37,930 nt of DNA from Sulfuricurvum kujiense (GTDB lineage Bacteria > Campylobacterota > Campylobacteria > Campylobacterales > Sulfurimonadaceae), in the NCBI RefSeq assembly GCF_002742695.1, contig NZ_DLUI01000160.1, one strand, 5' to 3'. A program made the translations under genes and the position numbers. A model generated the notes under the pieces. The model was not told where the DNA came from. It was given only the letters and a program-made list of their open reading frames with translations, and did no database searches. The stretch's first letter is position 1, and each line of letters begins with the position of its first letter. This document shows, piece by piece, positions 17,405 to 26,592 of this stretch.

Positions 17405-18407
17405 GTGTGCTCTCCCGTAATAATTTCGCCGCTAACTCCGGAGCAACCGGATTGATAACAATCCCCGTAGTATGTTCAAATCCACCGAATTGGTAGAGAC
17501 GCGGCATAATGCGAATCGTAAAACGACATAATTCTGCCGAACCGATCCCTTCATTTTCAATCAAAGGGGGGGTGGATATCCAAAGGTTAAAATGGAATAC
17601 CCCAAGCTGCCGTTTTAGCCTCTGCAGTGTTGAGACTAAAAGCGAAGCAACCGTTTCAATGCGAGTACGGCTCAAGGTATCGATTTGCCCCGCTTCTTTA
17701 ATCGAACTGATCATCACTTCAAAAGGATAGGCGCTCGCATAAGGGCAAAATGCAGTAAATTCACCCTTTTTTTCAACAACCCTGCATCCTGTTTCTTCTT
17801 CATGTTTGAGGATAGATTCCATCAGGGCATGGCCGCTGGTTTGAAAGTATTCATACGATCTTCGATATATTTCACCGCATGTCTTTGGAACCATCGGAAG
17901 ACCTATCAGCTGCGTATGACAATGGCTCATCGATGAACCTGCATTTTTCCCTTCATTTTTAAATAAAGAGAGATAGACCAACCGTTGATCACGACGCAAA
18001 TCTCCAACTCTTTGACGAAGGGTTTTTAGCCAAGAGACAGCGTCTGATTCGCTCCACTCAGTCATCGAAGTGGTGTGTCGCGGAGTATCGACTATCACTT
18101 CATGGGCACCGAATCCTTCCCAATATTCAAATAACCCGAAATGGTGGTGAGGAGGGGTTTCAAGCTGAACGGCTTTAAAAAGGTTAGGGACAACACGGGT
18201 CTCCCATCCCCCTTCATTCGGAAAACTCCCCTCCAAGCGGTGAGCAAAAATCTCTGGAGGGGTCATCCCTTCGTTCCCCTCACAAAACGGGCATGGTTCA
18301 CTAAAAGAAGGCTCACTCTCTGCTATAGGAACATCCGCATGTCGAAGCCTCTCAGGAGCTATAAGGACATGGGTGTCATGGAGTCGATCGTACCGAATCT
18401 CAGACAT
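17397..18407 (-). CDS. GalT-like HIT-superfamily nucleotidyltransferase (GalT / ADP-glucose phosphorylase-like)
   Basis: IAPER, CPFCEGNE, RVVPNLF, GAHEVIV, FKNEG..AGSS, HCHTQ (HxHxQ), GGFE..TG..INPVAPE. Confidence 0.85.
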   Translation of the reverse strand: MSEIRYDRLHDTHVLIAPERLRHADVPIAESEPSFSEPCPFCEGNEGMTPPEIFAHRLEGSFPNEGGWETRVVPNLFKAVQLETPPHHHFGLFEYWEGFGAHEVIVDTPRHTTSMTEWSESDAVSWLKTLRQRVGDLRRDQRLVYLSLFKNEGKNAGSSMSHCHTQLIGLPMVPKTCGEIYRRSYEYFQTSGHALMESILKHEEETGCRVVEKKGEFTAFCPYASAYPFEVMISSIKEAGQIDTLSRTRIETVASLLVSTLQRLKRQLGVFHFNLWISTPPLIENEGIGSAELCRFTIRIMPRLYQFGGFEHTTGIVINPVAPELAAKLLRESTHE

Positions 18408-20445
18408 TGTTTATCTCCATTGATCCTTTGAGAATAAAAGAACCTACGAAATCGAATGCCAATGCCATACTGATCCCCTGTACCGTTAAATCAAAGCCTT
18501 GCTCACTCTGGGAAAGGGTTTTAAGTTGAAAATAATGGATGCGACATGGCTGGTTCAGGGTGAGGATTATCTTTTTACCGAGAACGCGATCGATAATTTC
18601 CACACGTGAGCATAGTGCTAATTCACCCTCTTCCCTAAGTCGTTCTCCGTTAAATAACACCGCATCGACATTCGAAAAATGGAAATTATGTTCTAAGAGA
18701 TAGGTCAATTTTTGTGTTGTTTTAGAGGTAAATTTCACCTCAAAATCGAGAGAATTATCATGAGGAATATACTTCTTTTCTAAAAAAGCTTCTTCTTTTT
18801 CGGGGAAATAAAGACCCCCGTGGCGTGCAAAGGTTATGGAGTGTTGATTCCATTTCGATTCAAAAGGCTGATTGGCAAAATCCCCGTATTCTCTAAAGTT
18901 ACAATGACGGAAAGATTCCGTGCTAAACGTTTCATCGCTGATATGATCGATAAACGAGTTTTTTAGATACCAGTCATAGATGATCGCATCACGTAAGCTA
19001 TCGTCCATTTCTCCCATGGCAGTATGGATCGTATCGATCCCATCTTCGGGTGGAGTCTCATCTTTAGCCTCGATACAAACCGGTTCTAATACTCTTTGAT
19101 GATAGGCCTCTTTACGCCGCGTCAATGTGTTTTGATAATTGAAACATCGATCACGAATATCAAACTCCACCAACTGTCCTCCGCAGCCGCTGTCAAATCG
19201 AAATATTAGCTCGGAGGTCAGTGCTTTTACTTTCTCATATCCATCAAGCTCATTGTTATTGGCTTCAATCACGCTGCTTTTATCGTACCTTATATTTTCA
19301 CATTCGATGAGGTAGCGATAGGCAGTATCTCGCAGATTCGGCAAATAGAGACCTCCGAAAACTCCATGCCACAGCGGATCGTTTGTCTGGAGTTTAAAAA
19401 GGGCAGTATCGAAATCACTGCGATTAAGCACGGGGCGCTGTGCGGAGAGTTCGAGCATCCGTTTGTGAATACGGTTGCTCTCCGGATATTTAACAAAGAA
19501 GTTTTTCCAAATTCCCCCTTTGATAAACTTCACCCCCTCCTTTTCATACTGCTCAAACCCCATCTCCTGTTTGTACCGCTCAAGCCGTAGAGCATCATCG
19601 GCACTCAAGCTCCACTCCCCCATCTCATAATACGAGACGTTGGGAACATAAGCGAGGCCTCGCGGTTTATTGTGTTTAAAGTACTCCCCATAATGGATCG
19701 GCTCAATCGCTTCATCCACCAAAACGGCTTCAACAAATTTTTCCAGCCATTGCTTTTCATAAACCCATGCGTAGGTTCCGGGCCACATACCGAATTTTTC
19801 AGCATCATCAAAAATAATAGCGGCCGAATTTGTCTCCCGTGTATAACTTTTAATGGCACTCAGTGCCTTCTCGACACTCTGAAACGGCAATGCATAGCGG
19901 AGCTTTTTACTGATAGGAAAAATTCCGAGCCGTTTTCCCCCCTCTTCACTCATATAATAGCCATCAAGTACCTCTTCATCAAATCCTGCGCACTGAAAGT
20001 GGTAGTCATCCATCACCGTATATTCGATTTTACTGCGATGCAAATCGGTTATCAACGACGATTCCCATACCCTCTCCGTGAGCCATAACCCTTTAGGAGT
20101 CTGTCCGAATGATTCTGAGATAGAGCGGTTAAGTTTTTCGATCTGAGCCACCCGATCTTGGGAGGGGATGACACTTAAAATCGGCTCATAATATCCTGCA
20201 CTAAAAAATTCGATACTCCCTGATTGGGAGAGTTTTTGGATCTGGTGATACAGCACAGGATCACGCAGCTGTATCTGCTCCATCAGCCATCCGCTGCAAT
20301 GGAGACTGAAACGAAACGACGGATAACGGCTCATCACCTCGAAAAAAGGTTTGTAGCATACCTCTATCGCATGCTCAATGACCCAATCGAAATTATCCAC
20401 CGGTTGATGCATATGTATCCCGAATAAAAGTGCTGTTTTAGACAT
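18400..20445 (-). CDS. GH57 4-alpha-glucanotransferase / alpha-amylase
   Basis: HMHQP, GLWLTERVWE (nucleophile), DDAEKFG (acid/base), SYYEMGEW, KYPESN and WHGVFGGLYLP motifs, plus a C-terminal beta-sandwich region. AAAGGA SD before ATG 20445. Confidence 0.9.
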   Translation of the reverse strand: MSKTALLFGIHMHQPVDNFDWVIEHAIEVCYKPFFEVMSRYPSFRFSLHCSGWLMEQIQLRDPVLYHQIQKLSQSGSIEFFSAGYYEPILSVIPSQDRVAQIEKLNRSISESFGQTPKGLWLTERVWESSLITDLHRSKIEYTVMDDYHFQCAGFDEEVLDGYYMSEEGGKRLGIFPISKKLRYALPFQSVEKALSAIKSYTRETNSAAIIFDDAEKFGMWPGTYAWVYEKQWLEKFVEAVLVDEAIEPIHYGEYFKHNKPRGLAYVPNVSYYEMGEWSLSADDALRLERYKQEMGFEQYEKEGVKFIKGGIWKNFFVKYPESNRIHKRMLELSAQRPVLNRSDFDTALFKLQTNDPLWHGVFGGLYLPNLRDTAYRYLIECENIRYDKSSVIEANNNELDGYEKVKALTSELIFRFDSGCGGQLVEFDIRDRCFNYQNTLTRRKEAYHQRVLEPVCIEAKDETPPEDGIDTIHTAMGEMDDSLRDAIIYDWYLKNSFIDHISDETFSTESFRHCNFREYGDFANQPFESKWNQHSITFARHGGLYFPEKEEAFLEKKYIPHDNSLDFEVKFTSKTTQKLTYLLEHNFHFSNVDAVLFNGERLREEGELALCSRVEIIDRVLGKKIILTLNQPCRIHYFQLKTLSQSEQGFDLTVQGISMALAFDFVGSFILKGSMEINNV

Positions 20446-20455
20446 CTGTTTTCCT

Positions 20456-22489
20456 TTATACAAACCAGTTTGCGGCGTAATGTTCATCCAAATCGATACA
20501 AAGCGCTCCGTTTCCTGGGAGCGTTTGAACTATTTTAGATCCGTTCACAAGCTCGAAACGGAGATGAAACAATCGCATTGCTCCAAAATGGAGTCGTGAA
20601 AGTGCTATTTCAAGCCTCTCATCGATCGCTATGAGATCATTTTCAGCCGAGGTAACCCTCTCTAAGTCAAATTCATACTGCTCAGAGCTCTCTTCCACAA
20701 TAACCAGCAGTTTTAAATTATGACGATCAATTTTCGAAATATCTCCCTCAAATGCCACGTAGATCGCTTTTTTATCGTGACCGTAGTAGAAGATATCAAT
20801 AGGCCCTCGTACTCGGTCCATTGTGGAATAGAGTTTTCGCTCATCCATGCTCCCGCATCCAAGCCACTCAAAAAAAGAGTTGTACTTACCATCAATAATC
20901 GGGGTAAGGGGGGACTGCGGCTTAATCCAAAAAGGGGCACTATCCGCCATTGCCACGATCGGTTGATAGAGATTTGCAGGGGGTGCAATCCCCATAAGCT
21001 CATATATAGCAATCAAATGGTTTCGAAAAAGGAGATCAAATTCCTCAGCGAAATCACTAACATGATCATCACCGTACCACCAAAACCAATCACTGCACTC
21101 CGATGCTAAAAAATGCTCCTCAATTTTGCGTACCGTCTCGTCTGAGACAACACCTCTAAAATTTTCTGTATCCCGACGGGTCTGGAAAATCAGTTCCCAC
21201 GCCCTATTTTTTTGGGGGTGCCCCGACCATGTGTCAAAGGTGCCGTGAATCCAGCTTCCGGGATGGAGCGTTTCTAACTCGATAGGATTTTTACCTTTTG
21301 CCATCTCATCCATAGTAGTACTTTTACACCACTCCGTTGCCTCTAAACGTGAATAGAGTGCGTTAAAGAAATCAAATCCGTTGTTCTCATAAAACTCCCA
21401 CGCATTCTCTCCGTCAACAATCACAAAAACGGAAGGGTTGCTTTGTTCGTTATAAATGGACCCGAGGGAATGGATAAAATGGTTCACGGCATCTTCTGCA
21501 CCTTTAAACCGATAAGTAAAACCGATCAAATCACTCAACCCATGGTCTCTGAACCCCATAGTGACACCGTCAAAACGGTAGGTCTTATAAAGATTTTTTC
21601 GACTTTCATCCCCAAGTGAATGAAATAGTATCGCTTCATCCGTGGCGATCCACTCCACCCCGTATTCACGGTAGAGGGCAACACTTTTCGTATCTACCGC
21701 ACCCTCAGCAGGCCAAAATCCGGTCGGCTTTTTTTTGAAATGTTTTTTATACAATGCAATAGAGCGTTCGATATGCTTGCGAGCATCTTCAAGCAATGAA
21801 ATGGAGCGTTGGGGAAGTACGGTGTGCGAATTGGCTAAAGAGGCATTTTCCATATCGATCAAAAGTGGCAAAATCGGGTGATAATAGGGGGTAGTTGATA
21901 CCGAGATTCGACCCTCTTGCTGCAATAAAGCATAAAAAGGGATAATCGTATGAATAAAACTGCAAAGCGCATCAAGAAGACGTTCTTTATCGTGTTGAGA
22001 AAATCCTTCTCCGCGCTGCAGTAACTCTTTGACCACTCTGTTTTCACTACGAAGATAATTTCCGCACCATGCCAATAAAAATAGAACCTCTAAATCAATC
22101 AGTTCATCGTCGCTGTACTCGCTTTGAGGATACAAATGTTCATAGCGTCTCAACGGTCGTACCATCGTCTCAAATTGGGTCGATTTGCAAATTTTAATCA
22201 GCCATTGGCGCGATGATGTATCGAGTGCAGAGGGGTGTTTATCCCACAAGGATAAAAAATAATCGTATTTCAGAGGATCCGTATAAAGTTCCAACTGTTC
22301 CATAAGGGTTGCCGTAAGGTTGAAGGTCGCTTTAATATGGGTATATCGGCTAACCAACCATGGCATTTCGTAGTAATCTTTTATGGCATGCAAAAAGACC
22401 CACGGCATCGTCATAATCCCATCACTCCCCCGATAATCAGGCTGATGCATGTGCCAGAAAAACGAAAGTGTTAAAGGGGATTTATCCAT
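20456..22489 (-). CDS. GH57 glycoside hydrolase, amylopullulanase-like (probable debranching role)
   Basis: WHMHQP, HPILPLL, GFWPAEG (nucleophile), DGENAWE (acid/base) and SECSDWFWWYG motifs. The start at 22489 overlaps the upstream stop (TAATG); alternative start 22504. Confidence 0.88.
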   Translation of the reverse strand: MDKSPLTLSFFWHMHQPDYRGSDGIMTMPWVFLHAIKDYYEMPWLVSRYTHIKATFNLTATLMEQLELYTDPLKYDYFLSLWDKHPSALDTSSRQWLIKICKSTQFETMVRPLRRYEHLYPQSEYSDDELIDLEVLFLLAWCGNYLRSENRVVKELLQRGEGFSQHDKERLLDALCSFIHTIIPFYALLQQEGRISVSTTPYYHPILPLLIDMENASLANSHTVLPQRSISLLEDARKHIERSIALYKKHFKKKPTGFWPAEGAVDTKSVALYREYGVEWIATDEAILFHSLGDESRKNLYKTYRFDGVTMGFRDHGLSDLIGFTYRFKGAEDAVNHFIHSLGSIYNEQSNPSVFVIVDGENAWEFYENNGFDFFNALYSRLEATEWCKSTTMDEMAKGKNPIELETLHPGSWIHGTFDTWSGHPQKNRAWELIFQTRRDTENFRGVVSDETVRKIEEHFLASECSDWFWWYGDDHVSDFAEEFDLLFRNHLIAIYELMGIAPPANLYQPIVAMADSAPFWIKPQSPLTPIIDGKYNSFFEWLGCGSMDERKLYSTMDRVRGPIDIFYYGHDKKAIYVAFEGDISKIDRHNLKLLVIVEESSEQYEFDLERVTSAENDLIAIDERLEIALSRLHFGAMRLFHLRFELVNGSKIVQTLPGNGALCIDLDEHYAANWFV

Positions 22490-24996
22490 TAAGAGGCCAT
22501 CCATTCCTCAATTTTAGCGGTGTATAACTGATGAATTTCTTCACCGTCATTGTCATTTTTAGCTTGTATATAGAGATTGAGGTGATCATTATAGTGATCC
22601 GGAATCATCAAAATCCAATCATGTTTGTCAAGCCAAATTTTAACACCGTCAAGGGTTGAAGATACTTTATCTTTGGCATCCTCCAAAAACATCCGCATCA
22701 TTTTCCCTTTGTGAGACTGCTTACAAGGAACCTGAAAAGAGTGATAATAAAAGCGTGGCATAGTTTCCAAGATTTCCGAAAGCTTCACGTGGTGATTAAC
22801 GATCATCTCTAATATTTTGAGTGTCGCATACATCGAATCGCGATGGGTAGAAAATTCGGTAAATGCATAATTCCCCTCCCCCGTGGTGACGAGATCATAA
22901 CTTTTCATCTTTTCTGATTTGAAATTCAAATACTGTCCGTATTCAATCTCAAGATGCTCAAAGGTGACCAAATCAGCAGCCCAAGTCGGTAAAAATACCC
23001 GTTTTTTAACACCCAAACTTTTTGCTTCCATGTTCAACAGTGTCAATACGGCATAGAGTGCCGACTGCTTGCTTAAAAGCGTCCCTTTATCACTCATCAT
23101 CTCCAGCCGCTGACCATGAGGATAAATCATAAATCCCGCATCGAGATTCAAGGCTTTGATAACCGCACTCATATCATCATTCGTCGATTTGGTGAGCGTA
23201 TTGATATTTTCCAAACGACGCTCATCCGAATGGGCATTAAACATAATATGATCAACCCCCAAATCGTTGAGGATCGTAGGAAATACTTCCGATGCCATAC
23301 CATGCATCATATCGACAACAACACGACAGTCAAGGCACTTGAACATATGGGACGTTAAGAGTTCCTCCATCCCTTTTTGGTACTCTTTATACTCTTTTTG
23401 GTGATCTGAATTGTAAATTTGTCCGATTCGTGAATAATCGACACGGCGATAGGTCTCTTTAAAAAATGCTTTTTCAACTTTCTTGGCCACCTCGGTATTG
23501 ATACGTAAGGCTTCCTCATTGTAAAACGTAATAACGATACTGGTAGGATCATCGAGCTTTTGATTGAAATGGACACCGGCACTGTATTCTTCATGAAAAG
23601 AGAGACTGCAGCGCATAACGGCTGACGTTACGGCATTGTAATCCAATACATTCATCCCGGATGAAAGAAGTCCCCCTAAAAAAGCACGTTTGAGCATCCG
23701 AGCACTTTTACTGTTATCACGCGATACCAGAATCGTTGAACCTACCGGAAGCTGTGCTCCGAAGGATTCGGCAAGTTTGGTAGCCATTTCACAAGAAATT
23801 TCGACATTTGCCTTGCCGATAACCATTCCGTTTTCAAAAATCGAATTTTTATATTTACTTCCTAGAATAACGCTTCGACTCACGATAGAGGCATCTTCGA
23901 TCACTTTATCCGGCCAGATGGTGACATCTTTTTCAACCGTTACCAACTCACCGATTTCACACCCCTCGGCTAGAATCAATCCTGATTTTGCGGTGACATT
24001 TTTTCCGATATGATTATTGTTACAAATGACACATCCATCCAGTTTGGTGTTGCGTCCGATCACAACATCATCCCAGATAACCGTATTGCAGATTTTAGAG
24101 GATCCACCGATAGTGACATTATCTCCGATAACGACATTATTGAGTTTCGTCCCTTTTTTGACCGTTACATTTTTTCCGATTACGACAATCCCGATCACTT
24201 CGACACTATCATCGAGAGTATTGTCTTCTTCGCAGATCAATACTCCGTCGACATATTTAACCGCTTCTCCACCCAGATTCAGTTTTATTTTTCCGCTGAG
24301 AAGATCCTCATAGACATCACGGTAGCTCTCAGGATTTCCGACGTCACGCCAGTACCCTTGCGCATAACCGGCCATCAAATCTATCCCTTTGCGCATAAGG
24401 AGGGGGAAAAGGTCTTTGGCAAAATCAAAATTTTCATTGTTAGGTATGTAATCAAGAATTTCAGGTTCTATAATATATATGCCGGTATTGATAGTATCGC
24501 TAAATACCTCTCCCCAACTCGGTTTTTCAAGAAATTTTTCAATTTTTCCCTCTTTATTGGCTATAACTACTCCAAATTCAAGCGGGTTATCAACGGATGT
24601 AAGAGTAATGGTAAGTTTCGATTTTTTAGAGGCGTGATAATCGAATATTTTTTGAAAATCAAAATCGGTGACCAAATCGCCGCTGATAATAATAAAATTT
24701 TCATTTCCGATTTGCTCTTGTGCTTTTTTGACGGCACCCGCAGTGCCGTAATCGTCATCCGGAAGAACATAAGTGATATTAATCCCCCACTTCTTTCCGT
24801 CTTTAAAATAATCTTTGATAACATCGGGTTTAAAATAGAGGAGAACAATGAACTCGGTAATCCCTAGCGCTTTAAGGCTCATTATGGTGTGTTCCATCAT
24901 TGGACGGTTCATTATAGGCAACATAGGTTTAGGGATAGAATTGGTCAACGGTTGTATCCGTGTTCCAAAGCCTCCAGCCATCACAACAGCTTTCAT
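22489..24996 (-). CDS. Sugar-1-phosphate nucleotidyltransferase (mannose-1-P guanylyltransferase-like) fused to LbH repeats and a degenerate phosphohexomutase module
   Basis: MAGGFGTRIQPLT..PKP, GTAGAV, SGD, FLEKP, NTGIY and YWRDVG motifs, followed by hexapeptide repeats. The PGM/PMM-like region (VSRD...RMLKRA, VVDMMHG, DGVKI) lacks both SHNP and DGDADR. AAGGAG SD before ATG 24996. Confidence 0.88.
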   Translation of the reverse strand: MKAVVMAGGFGTRIQPLTNSIPKPMLPIMNRPMMEHTIMSLKALGITEFIVLLYFKPDVIKDYFKDGKKWGINITYVLPDDDYGTAGAVKKAQEQIGNENFIIISGDLVTDFDFQKIFDYHASKKSKLTITLTSVDNPLEFGVVIANKEGKIEKFLEKPSWGEVFSDTINTGIYIIEPEILDYIPNNENFDFAKDLFPLLMRKGIDLMAGYAQGYWRDVGNPESYRDVYEDLLSGKIKLNLGGEAVKYVDGVLICEEDNTLDDSVEVIGIVVIGKNVTVKKGTKLNNVVIGDNVTIGGSSKICNTVIWDDVVIGRNTKLDGCVICNNNHIGKNVTAKSGLILAEGCEIGELVTVEKDVTIWPDKVIEDASIVSRSVILGSKYKNSIFENGMVIGKANVEISCEMATKLAESFGAQLPVGSTILVSRDNSKSARMLKRAFLGGLLSSGMNVLDYNAVTSAVMRCSLSFHEEYSAGVHFNQKLDDPTSIVITFYNEEALRINTEVAKKVEKAFFKETYRRVDYSRIGQIYNSDHQKEYKEYQKGMEELLTSHMFKCLDCRVVVDMMHGMASEVFPTILNDLGVDHIMFNAHSDERRLENINTLTKSTNDDMSAVIKALNLDAGFMIYPHGQRLEMMSDKGTLLSKQSALYAVLTLLNMEAKSLGVKKRVFLPTWAADLVTFEHLEIEYGQYLNFKSEKMKSYDLVTTGEGNYAFTEFSTHRDSMYATLKILEMIVNHHVKLSEILETMPRFYYHSFQVPCKQSHKGKMMRMFLEDAKDKVSSTLDGVKIWLDKHDWILMIPDHYNDHLNLYIQAKNDNDGEEIHQLYTAKIEEWMAS

Positions 24997-25111
24997 CGGA
25001 CTCCTTAGTAGAAAAAGGTATCTATTCGTAATCAACCAATTAGCTTATTAACTAATATTTTTGATCTGTTTTTAATGATAACATAGATTTGACGTAATTC
25101 GATTATTAAAG

Positions 25112-25124
25112 TGATAAATTATCA
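25112..25124. promoter_or_regulatory. Perfect palindrome TGATAA-A-TTATCA in the glg/mobB divergent region; possible operator
   Basis: 6-1-6 inverted repeat in an AT-rich intergenic region. Confidence 0.3.
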
Positions 25125-25207
25125 ACAAAATAAATATATCATCTGTTTACACTCCTTTTTTTAAGACATCCCATCACCGCTTTAGCAATATTCAAATGAT
25201 TGTTGAC

Positions 25208-25213
25208 TATAAT
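25208..25213 (+). promoter_or_regulatory. Putative -10 box (TATAAT) for the mobB-fbp-metG operon
   Basis: TATAAT 30 nt upstream of the TTG start, with a GAGG SD in between. Confidence 0.5.
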
Positions 25214-25243
25214 AACCTTCTATTTTATACGAGGTTTGTTTTT

Positions 25244-25750
25244 TTGAAAAAACGTTTAGCGATTGCATTCACCGGTCCCTCCAACAGCGGCAAAACTACG
25301 CTGATCCTCAAAGTTGCCCGTAAATTGATACATGAACATAATCTGGATGTAGCCATTATCAAGAATGATCCGAAAGATAAAGCACAATTTGACGTACCGG
25401 GCAAAGATAGTTACAAATTCAGTGATACCGGTGCTGAAGTGATTGTCACCTCTCCGACTCGTACCACCTATTTTTCCCAGCGTCATAAAGAACTCGATGA
25501 ACTCGTCTCCCTTTTCGGTGACTTTGATGTTCTCCTCGTTGAGGGGCTTAAAAATCTCCCCCTCCCCCGAATCAGTATCTTTAGAGGCTCCATCGACACC
25601 GACTATTTTCCCTATATGAACGCATTGGCTATCGATGAGAGTATCAATGTTTCCCACTATTCGATTCCTGAGGGGATTGACCTTCTCGATCTCAACAACC
25701 CCGATCAGGTGATCGAGTGGATTTTAGCTCACGCAAAGGTTATGAAATGA
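25244..25750 (+). CDS. mobB: Molybdopterin-guanine dinucleotide biosynthesis protein MobB
   Basis: P-loop GPSNSGKTT, plus [11 protein letters not shown] and LLVEGLK. TTG start at 25244 after GAGG. Confidence 0.9.
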   Translation: MKKRLAIAFTGPSNSGKTTLILKVARKLIHEHNLDVAIIKNDPKDKAQFDVPGKDSYKFSDTGAEVIVTSPTRTTYFSQRHKELDELVSLFGDFDVLLVEGLKNLPLPRISIFRGSIDTDYFPYMNALAIDESINVSHYSIPEGIDLLDLNNPDQVIEWILAHAKVMK

Positions 25751-26592
25751 ATGTTATTTTAGAAGCGATCCAAAAAAGTGCCATACGGATCAAACACGCA
25801 ATCGATGTCAAAGATATCGGCTATTCCCAAGAGCAAAACAGCTCCGGTGAAACCCAGCTTCAGCTTGATATCCAAAGCGATTTAATTATCGAAGAAGAGT
25901 TGAGTCAGATTGCAAGTGTCCATACCATTGCAAGTGAAGAGAAAGAGCTTCCTATGGTTCTCAATGAAAGCGGCCGCTTTTTTATCGCCTTTGATCCGCT
26001 TGACGGCTCCTCTTTAGTCGATGTTAATCTCAGTGTCGGTTCTATTTTCGGAATTTATGACGGAGCTTTTACCCCTACTAAAATGGTTGCAAGCTGTTAT
26101 GTTGTCTATGGCCCGCGTGTTGAGCTGGTCTACGCCGATGAGCACAAAGTCTCCCTCTATCTCCTCCAAGCGGGAGAGTTTGAGTTTGTGAAGCATATCC
26201 ACTTGAATGAAAAAGGGAAGATCAATGCACCCGGCGGTACACAGCAGTGTTGGGCACCGTTTCATAAAGCGATGATCGATTCCTTCTTCGCACGCGGCTA
26301 TCGCCTCCGCTACTCCGGCGGTATGGTTCCCGATTTGCACCAAATCCTCCTCAAGGGGGGCGGATTATTCAGCTATCCGGGTGCCAGTGATAAACCGGAA
26401 GGGAAACTTCGTATGTTGTTCGAGGTATTTCCTTTCGCCTTTATCTTCGAAAAAGCCGGAGGTAAAGCGGTGGATGGAACCAAGCGGGTTTTAGAAAAAG
26501 AGCCTGCACACGTTCACGATACCAGCCCATGCTTTTTCGGTTCATCTGAAGAGATAAACGAGGTTTTGAGTGTCTATGCCGGAGCAGAGTGA
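25747..26592 (+). CDS. fbp: Fructose-1,6-bisphosphatase class 1
   Basis: [21 protein letters not shown] and GKLRMLFE motifs. ATGA overlap with mobB. Confidence 0.96.
   Translation: MNVILEAIQKSAIRIKHAIDVKDIGYSQEQNSSGETQLQLDIQSDLIIEEELSQIASVHTIASEEKELPMVLNESGRFFIAFDPLDGSSLVDVNLSVGSIFGIYDGAFTPTKMVASCYVVYGPRVELVYADEHKVSLYLLQAGEFEFVKHIHLNEKGKINAPGGTQQCWAPFHKAMIDSFFARGYRLRYSGGMVPDLHQILLKGGGLFSYPGASDKPEGKLRMLFEVFPFAFIFEKAGGKAVDGTKRVLEKEPAHVHDTSPCFFGSSEEINEVLSVYAGAE

Noticed and set aside
23880-24200. Repetitive-looking sequence in the nucleotidyltransferase gene
   Set aside because: Explained by protein-level hexapeptide (LbH) repeats; not a DNA repeat array or CRISPR.
24010-24867. 285-aa plus-strand ORF opposite the nucleotidyltransferase
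   Set aside because: Ile/Phe-rich antisense shadow caused by codon bias; no recognisable domain.
1196-25243. Search for att sites or direct repeats at the ends of the accessory block (ACTCCCCTTAA near 1236 vs ACTCCTTTTTTTAA near 25151)
   Set aside because: The similarity is short and low-complexity, and there is no integrase, transposase or tRNA. The block cannot be called a mobile element.
25244-26592. mobB (molybdenum) near nif genes and fbp next to glycogen genes as parts of the accessory system
   Set aside because: Both belong to the conserved mobB-fbp-metG backbone, and MobB serves the molybdopterin cofactor, not FeMo-co.
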